A stretch of DNA of 64,000 nt from a bacterium. Lineage in GTDB: Bacteria > UBA8248 > JACPRG01 > G963555815. Below, one piece after another: positions 59,301 through 64,000 of this stretch. The position numbers were made by a program, and so were the translations under genes. Below the pieces are notes generated by a model, which made no database searches, was not told where the DNA came from, and saw nothing but the letters and a program-made list of their open reading frames with translations. The DNA lies in NCBI GenBank assembly GCA_965218795.1, contig OZ244653.1, positions 4,192,001 through 4,256,000 on the forward strand. The letters run 5' to 3'. The number at the start of each line of letters is the position of its first letter. Position 1 is the first letter of the stretch.

Positions 59301-60317
59301 TCGCCCCAGGCGAAAGGACCGATCAACTGGCCCGGCGACTACGCCGACGGGGCCTTCCTGAAGAAGTGGGTCGGCCCGATCCTGCGCAACCTTGCGGACA
59401 GCTACGATCGCATGTTCGAGGTGGACATCAACGAGGGGATCTGCCGGCTCATCGACGTAACGTTCCCCGAGCCGGGCAGCCTCATCACGCCGGTTTTCCC
59501 CGGCCCGACGAACATGCGGACGTTCACCATCCTCCGGCTCCTGAGCCTTTTCTGCGGGGTCCTCGGCCTCGCCACCGGTGGAAAGATGCCCGCCGACCAG
59601 GAGACCATCCGCTACTGGGGCCTTCACGGCCGAGACCCCGAGGGCAGGTTCTTTCTCTTCCGGGAGATCCTGGGGGGCGGCTCGGGCGGCCGGCCCTGGG
59701 GGGACGGGGTGGACGTGATCCACGTCGTGCCCAACAGCCGGAACCTGCCTGCCGAGTTCAGCGAGAGCCGGTTCCCCGTGCGGGTCGAGCGGCTGGGGCT
59801 GGCGGTGGACTCGGGCGGGCCGGGCAAGCGGCGGGGCGGCCTGGGCTACTTCAAGGAGTTCCGCGCGCTCTGCGACTGTGAGGCCCTGAGCAACGCGGAC
59901 CGCTCGGTCATCGCCCCCTGGGGGGTGAACGGCGGCCGGGCGGGCGGGCTCTACTCCGTGACGATTAATCCGGGCGAGACGGGGGGGAGAGAGGAGCGCA
60001 TCGTTCCCGCCCTGAGCAACCGGGTCCCGGTGCAGGCGGGGGACCTCATCCGGATCGTCACGACGGGCGGCGGCGGCTGGGGCGACCCGCTGGAGCGGGA
60101 GACGGCCCTTGTCCGGGAGGATGTAGCCTGGGGGAAAGTGAGCCCGGAGGGGGCGAGACGGGACTACGGCGTGGCGTTCTCGGATGAAGCGGCCTTGACC
60201 GTGGACGAGAAGGCGACGGCGGAATTGCGGGAGCAAATGCGCTCGGAGCGGGGCGAAGTCCCCTTCTTCGACCATGGTCCGAATTTCAGGGCGCTCAAGG
60301 AAGCGGGGAGGGTGTAA
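56388..60317 (+). CDS. Fused hydantoinase A+B / 5-oxoprolinase-family ATP-dependent lactamase
   Basis: GVDTGGTFTD, HGTTVATN, SGPAAG, DAGGTSTD, GTGGGS and FGGAG (A half); GHLPD, GHHDDIGG, SGGPG..RGG and GGGGWGDP (B half); start taken at ATG 56388. Confidence 0.93.
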   Translation: MSADSRYRIGVDTGGTFTDVIAVRLSDGTLYSSKVPSTPDDPSRALLTGVRKILGEADAEESQVSGIIHGTTVATNVLLEREDHNMGLLVTRGFRFVLEIARQSVPEGYGNSFFWVKPPRLVPADRVLEVGGRLDFRGGELEPLDEASVRAAARRFRELGVATVGVCLLHSYANPAHELRVREIIGEEFPESFVSLSCEVLPEYQEYERALTTLMDAACKPVIRDYIDRAAVRVEEAAAGHTPFLVMKSNGGVMSARAAVERPLATALSGPAAGVLAGAALAAEARVEKVITFDAGGTSTDVSVIEGGRAAYTTQTTLGNYNVKIPMIDIVTVGTGGGSIAWISPEGRLRVGPQSAGADPGPMCYAKGGEEPTVTDAEIVLGRLPEVLVGGELPLDKSRAEAGIGKIAEAQGLGPEDAARGILEVAAWNQALAIRQMTVNRGKDPREYALVAFGGAGPLMAADIAEILGVEEVIVPPEPGCGSAMGLVEVDLRNDYVRTCIARIDEIPPEDIESRFVEMIEEANSALENEDVPEASRSFERSADFRYYGEGQEMTVDFPVGGTIADLLEGAERRFHEAYLAQFGFNYRDRTPVEVVNLRITSVGRLERAPARETPSGRGIETARTGARPVYFAPMGFADTPIHARERLGTGDVLEGPAIVEDYGSTTVVPPRGRCELDPWGNLRIHLPAAGEQEAGTRKGPEVDVSPVVQEIVEGALYAAEREMEDLVERTARSPLIRDMHDYRVGLFDRNGNKLTGRSYSAVVAPVMKNWPMEEVREGDVFLWNDVYESEGGIGHLPDLCSCVPIFHKGTLSAFALVFGHHDDIGGAVPGSLPTNATEIFQEGILVPPIKLYDRGVMNEAAYRIIFRNSRLGEHLQADIDAEIAACRAGGARLLELLDRFGRDTVFRCFDSLLDKCERTIQDELLSKIRDGTYEWEDYIESDGVEPDKVHALKLKMTKADGRLTLDFRGTSPQAKGPINWPGDYADGAFLKKWVGPILRNLADSYDRMFEVDINEGICRLIDVTFPEPGSLITPVFPGPTNMRTFTILRLLSLFCGVLGLATGGKMPADQETIRYWGLHGRDPEGRFFLFREILGGGSGGRPWGDGVDVIHVVPNSRNLPAEFSESRFPVRVERLGLAVDSGGPGKRRGGLGYFKEFRALCDCEALSNADRSVIAPWGVNGGRAGGLYSVTINPGETGGREERIVPALSNRVPVQAGDLIRIVTTGGGGWGDPLERETALVREDVAWGKVSPEGARRDYGVAFSDEAALTVDEKATAELREQMRSERGEVPFFDHGPNFRALKEAGRV

Positions 60318-60574
60318 GCGGGTTCAATGAATGATGCCGCTAAAGAGAGCCTGAACACAAAGGGGCGCTATGGGCGCGCGACCCATCCGCGCATGGGTCT
60401 GCCTGGAAAGCAGGGGTATTGCGTGGCAAGTTGTACATGTCGCCCTTTCGTGCAAGGTCGAAGGGGGTTCAGCCTCTCGTGGGCGTTCGGTGGACACGGG
60501 GTGGAGATCCTGCGAGCGTTGGTCCCGTTGGGGCGATTGCACGTGGCGGAGGTGTTTGAGTCTGATGTAGTGCG

Positions 60575-60886
60575 CTAGAGGGGGGCGGCCCTACCGCCGG
60601 GCCGCCTGGCGCCCCGGCCGCGTGCGGTGCGGCCGGTCACCGGGACTATGTTTCCCTTGGGCGCGCCATGCTGTTCTTGCCAGTACGGATGGGGCTCGCG
60701 TTGGGCGTTCCGGGTCGCGGCGACGTGGCCCGCTGTGATTCCCGCCTGGACATCCCCAAGCTGCTCAATGAATCCGAATGCTTCACAGAGATCCCCCCGC
60801 TTCGGAAAAAGCTTTGGCAGGTGCTTGGGCGTGTAGAGATCATCGATCGGGACGGTGGTCATGAGCCTCTTGTACTTTGACACCAT
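60575..60886 (-). CDS. Hypothetical protein or gene fragment
   Basis: Follows the asparaginase gene co-directionally; N-terminus protein-like, C-terminus low-complexity. Confidence 0.3.
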   Translation of the reverse strand: MVSKYKRLMTTVPIDDLYTPKHLPKLFPKRGDLCEAFGFIEQLGDVQAGITAGHVAATRNAQREPHPYWQEQHGAPKGNIVPVTGRTARGRGARRPGGRAAPL

Positions 60887-60907
60887 GTCCCGCGGCGTCT
60901 TGATTCC

Positions 60908-61831
60908 TTATTCAAAGACCGGGGCGAAGTTGCCCTCCGGCGCGTCCATCCCCTCCTTCCAGTAGGAATGGGGCGTGAGGTTGACGTTGCGCGCCGCGCC
61001 GACGTTGCCGTCCCTGTCGATGCACACGAGGAACATGAGCGGATTGTCGAACCGGGCGTTCAGCTCCAAGACCGCCTCTTCGGCGGCCTGCCGGGCCGGC
61101 TTGCCCCCCTTCAGGTTCTGGACCATCCGGTAGCCCAGGCAGGTTTTGATGACGATTTCGCCGGCCCCCGTGATCGTGATGGAGCCTGCGCCGTTCTCCG
61201 CATAGGTCGCTGCGCCGATGACCCCCACGTCGCCCACGCGGCCCGGCATCTTGAGGGGGAATCCGCCGCTCGACGTGCCGGCGGCGAAGTTGCCCTCCTG
61301 GTCCAGCGCGCAGCACCCGACGGTGTCGGCCCACCTGCGGATCTTTTTCCAGTAGGAATAGAAGCCGCCGAGCTCCTCGCCGCTCTTGATCTTGGTGATG
61401 AGATCCATCCACTCCTCCCTGCGGTGCGGGAGCTCGGGGTCGTATTCCTCAAAGCCCATTTTGCGGGCGATCTCCTCTGCTTCCGATCCGACCAGCATGA
61501 CGTGGTCGGTTTCGTCCATGACGGCCTTGGCGACCTGAATGGGATTCTTGACGCGCATGAGGCCGCCCACGGCGCCGGCCCCAAAGGTCTTTCCGTCCAT
61601 GACGCTGGCGTCGAATTCGATCTGGCCCTTCAGGTTCAGCCGGGCGCCGGTGCCCGCGTGATACATGGGGTCGTCTTCAGCGGAGGTGATCACGGCGATG
61701 ACCCCGTCCAGCGCGGACCCGCCGCCCTTCAGGATATCCACGCCCACCTGGATGTGCTTGATGGCCGTCTCGCCGAACTCGCCGTCCGAGGGGTTGATGG
61801 CCCCTCCCTGAAACGCGATGGCAGATGTCAT
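60908..61831 (-). CDS. Isoaspartyl peptidase / L-asparaginase (Ntn hydrolase)
   Basis: EDDP..AGTG, DASVMDG, KNPI..A, D/TVG (Thr nucleophile), TSSGG and GRVGD motifs. Confidence 0.93.
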   Translation of the reverse strand: MTSAIAFQGGAINPSDGEFGETAIKHIQVGVDILKGGGSALDGVIAVITSAEDDPMYHAGTGARLNLKGQIEFDASVMDGKTFGAGAVGGLMRVKNPIQVAKAVMDETDHVMLVGSEAEEIARKMGFEEYDPELPHRREEWMDLITKIKSGEELGGFYSYWKKIRRWADTVGCCALDQEGNFAAGTSSGGFPLKMPGRVGDVGVIGAATYAENGAGSITITGAGEIVIKTCLGYRMVQNLKGGKPARQAAEEAVLELNARFDNPLMFLVCIDRDGNVGAARNVNLTPHSYWKEGMDAPEGNFAPVFE

Positions 61832-61837
61832 CTTCGC

Positions 61838-63031
61838 TTACTCTCCCTGATACGGGCAGACGATCAGCTCGAACGGCAGCGATTCGCTCAGCACCTCGGT
61901 TCCCGTTTCCGTCACGAGCACGTTCTGCTCCATGTTGAAGCCCGACAGGCCCTTCCAGTAGAAGGGGGTCTCGACCGCGAAAACCATGCCGGGCTGGAAG
62001 GTCCGCTTTTCTCCGGGTTCGATGAAGGGGTATTCTTCCACCTCGATGCCCACGCTGTGTCCCATCATCCCCCGCTTGTAGTGAGGGTAGCCGTTTTCCT
62101 TCACGTACTCCACGCCGATGGGGAAGATGTCCTCCATGGGAACCCCGGGCTTGATGGCCGCGATCATCCGGAGCGTGGACTCCTTCATCAGGGCGTTGAG
62201 CTCGTGGATTTCATCGCTCGCTTCGTGGATGCACATGGTCCGGGCCAAGTCCGAGGTGTAGTGCCGGTAGACGCCTCCGATATCCCAGCGGACGGGGTCG
62301 CCTTTTTTGCCCACGTAGTCGTCCATGCCCGCCTGATGATAGGGGTCCGCCCCGTTGATTCCGAGGCCCATCGTCGTGTGCCACCAAAGGCAGTCGCGCT
62401 TGAGGAAGCCCTCCTTGAGCGCGCGGAGGACCCGGGTCTCCGGAACGCCGTCGTCAATCGCGCGGCACATGTCCTTGATCGCTTCGCAGGTCCTGTGATT
62501 GGCCTCGCGCGTCAGATCGATCTCCCTCGGCGTCTTCACCATCTTCATGTCGATGACGGCCTCCCGGGCGTCTTCGAATGTTGCGCCCGGCAGCTCGTTC
62601 CGGAGCGTCTCCGCGTGCATCGCGGGGAGGTCGTCCATCTCGATGCCGATGACGGCGTTGCTCAAGTGGTTCTCCCCGATGGCTTTGATGAGTCCCTTCA
62701 TGGCTCCGGATTCGTACATGTCCGGAATCGTCTCGCCCTCGGGCAACTCGAGGTGCATGCCAGTGGGCGTGAAGCCGATCCGGGGATGCTCCTTGAGCTT
62801 TTCCAGGTACATCGAAGTCCCGTAGCTGACGATGAGCCGGGGCTCTCCCTCCCTGGGCACCAGGACGAAAACCGGGCCGATGCGCCTCAGCATGAAGAGG
62901 ATGGTGTTGCGCGAGGTCGGAAGACAGTCCAGACCGCTGGTGTAAAAGACGTTCTCGGACGATGAGGCGATGAGCGCGTCGAGATTTCTCTCTTTCAGAA
63001 TGGCCTGCACGCGCGAAAGGTCCATTAACAC
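61838..63031 (-). CDS. M24 Xaa-Pro peptidase / creatinase-like protein
   Basis: Creatinase_N ENVFYTSG; KTPREI; metal ligands D.GG...Y.SD..RT, GHSVG, VETP and MEQ. Confidence 0.92.
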   Translation of the reverse strand: MLMDLSRVQAILKERNLDALIASSSENVFYTSGLDCLPTSRNTILFMLRRIGPVFVLVPREGEPRLIVSYGTSMYLEKLKEHPRIGFTPTGMHLELPEGETIPDMYESGAMKGLIKAIGENHLSNAVIGIEMDDLPAMHAETLRNELPGATFEDAREAVIDMKMVKTPREIDLTREANHRTCEAIKDMCRAIDDGVPETRVLRALKEGFLKRDCLWWHTTMGLGINGADPYHQAGMDDYVGKKGDPVRWDIGGVYRHYTSDLARTMCIHEASDEIHELNALMKESTLRMIAAIKPGVPMEDIFPIGVEYVKENGYPHYKRGMMGHSVGIEVEEYPFIEPGEKRTFQPGMVFAVETPFYWKGLSGFNMEQNVLVTETGTEVLSESLPFELIVCPYQGE

Positions 63032-63112
63032 AGTGAATCTCCTCGATCGGGTTTCAATGGGATCTCAAGGAAACTGCAATAGCTTTGTCCCGTAGGGACA
63101 AAATACCTTCGG

Positions 63113-64000
63113 TTACGATGTAACCACTACCCCATCCTCCGCGGATGGCGGGCCCGCGTCGTTTGGCTCATGCTGATCGTCAGATTGGTCTGACTCCGAC
63201 TGCGAGCCGACGTCACCATTGCGCCTTTCGCTTGCTTCGACGATATCGGTTTCCTGAATGGGGTCGTGTTTATCAATTGATGGAGGTGGAGGAGCCCAAG
63301 GCCGTAAATTCTGACCGATACGATCGTAGAAATCCGGTATCAGATGTTCCAAATCTTCTATGAAGGTTCGTCGCCCAGAGAACCGGCCAGCGAGATCTCT
63401 GATCATGACAACTTCGAAGCTTGTCGGTGCTGCACCCGGACGATCGCTCTCAAGACACTTGGAGTCTGCCTCGATCTCCGACAATGACGCCTGAGTTGGT
63501 CTCCTTCTCCCGAGCCAGAATGCCCGAACGATCACATCGTCGCCATCAACGCCTTGCAACTGTCGAACGAGCCAGTTTATCCTCGCGCTGGCTCGCTTCC
63601 TGTCACTCGGAGCATTGAGCTTCATAGAGCAGGAGACCGTTCGGCGTTGCAAATTTGCTGTTACTTCGAGATCGCTGGCAGCATTTGGTACACTGAAGAA
63701 ATAGCTCAACTCCTGCGAAGCAATCAACGAATCGCATGCATCTCGGAGCCGAAGTGCGGGATCTACCTGATGCTTACGCGAAAGGCGGATACCGACCCGT
63801 TCGCCGATACGGCGGCTCAATATCAGACATACATCTCTTTCTTCCTGATGACAGCTCGCAACGGTATTTTCGATCTCGGGCGAAGATCGCTTGAACGGTT
63901 GCTCATTTCGAATTCCAAGGACGAGCGACCGCCATTCTGAGTTCATTTGATCAAAACGTTTGACTCCAGAACTCGGATGTTCGAAATAGCGTGCCATCTC
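63113..64000 (-). CDS. Accessory hypothetical protein (5'-partial) resembling the 'stress response'/TerD-associated family
   Basis: Long ORF running off the window edge; YFEHPSSG, ARINWLVRQL and FIEDLE...FY....NLRPW.PPP segments; lower GC. Confidence 0.6.
   Translation of the reverse strand, partial: EMARYFEHPSSGVKRFDQMNSEWRSLVLGIRNEQPFKRSSPEIENTVASCHQEERDVCLILSRRIGERVGIRLSRKHQVDPALRLRDACDSLIASQELSYFFSVPNAASDLEVTANLQRRTVSCSMKLNAPSDRKRASARINWLVRQLQGVDGDDVIVRAFWLGRRRPTQASLSEIEADSKCLESDRPGAAPTSFEVVMIRDLAGRFSGRRTFIEDLEHLIPDFYDRIGQNLRPWAPPPPSIDKHDPIQETDIVEASERRNGDVGSQSESDQSDDQHEPNDAGPPSAEDGVVVTS

Noticed and set aside
56310-60275. 1,321-aa antisense ORF, and similar long shadows at 8992-10206, 23423-25255, 35010-36899, 37628-39466 and 60968-62965
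   Set aside because: They mirror well-supported genes on the opposite strand, have no motifs, and are expected in high-GC coding DNA

Overview
GC-rich bacterial chromosomal window with no rRNA, tRNA or CRISPR array recognisable. In order: (1) housekeeping lepB, rsmA and pdxA. (2) A 10-kb co-directional catabolic cluster: DUF1989, a GrdE-like subunit lacking the usual pyruvoyl Cys, a GrdB-like selenoprotein that the ORF track truncates at an in-frame UGA (UxxCxxC plus SECIS-like hairpin), a cyclic amidohydrolase, an orphan xanthine-dehydrogenase-type Mo subunit, a Rieske ferredoxin, amidohydrolase_2, a cyclase and a decayed molybdopterin oxidoreductase. (3) A TCA supercluster: icd, mdh, two-subunit fumarase, mycobacterial Sdh1-type sdhCAB, sucCD, korAB, ndk. 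(4) A mixed region: polyferredoxin, HtrA fused to an MBL-hydrolase remnant, DUF3179, a second hidden selenoprotein (DsbA/FrnE-like, CxxUxxC, frameshifted), PolX, a deaminase and an NCS2 permease. (5) An SSS-transporter / CBS-DUF294 nucleotidyltransferase / PAS-exonuclease module whose nucleotidyltransferase is split by a 4,431-bp IS1595 cargo transposon. The transposon has perfect 23-bp TIRs and an 8-bp TSD and carries a frameshifted BcgI-like restriction-modification pair plus a small ORF behind tandem palindromes. (6) MFS, an IS481 scar, a fused hydantoinase/oxoprolinase, isoaspartyl peptidase, M24 peptidase and a partial accessory gene. Several MITE/REP-like repeat families are scattered through the intergenic DNA. 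All family assignments come from motif recognition by eye, not database searches.
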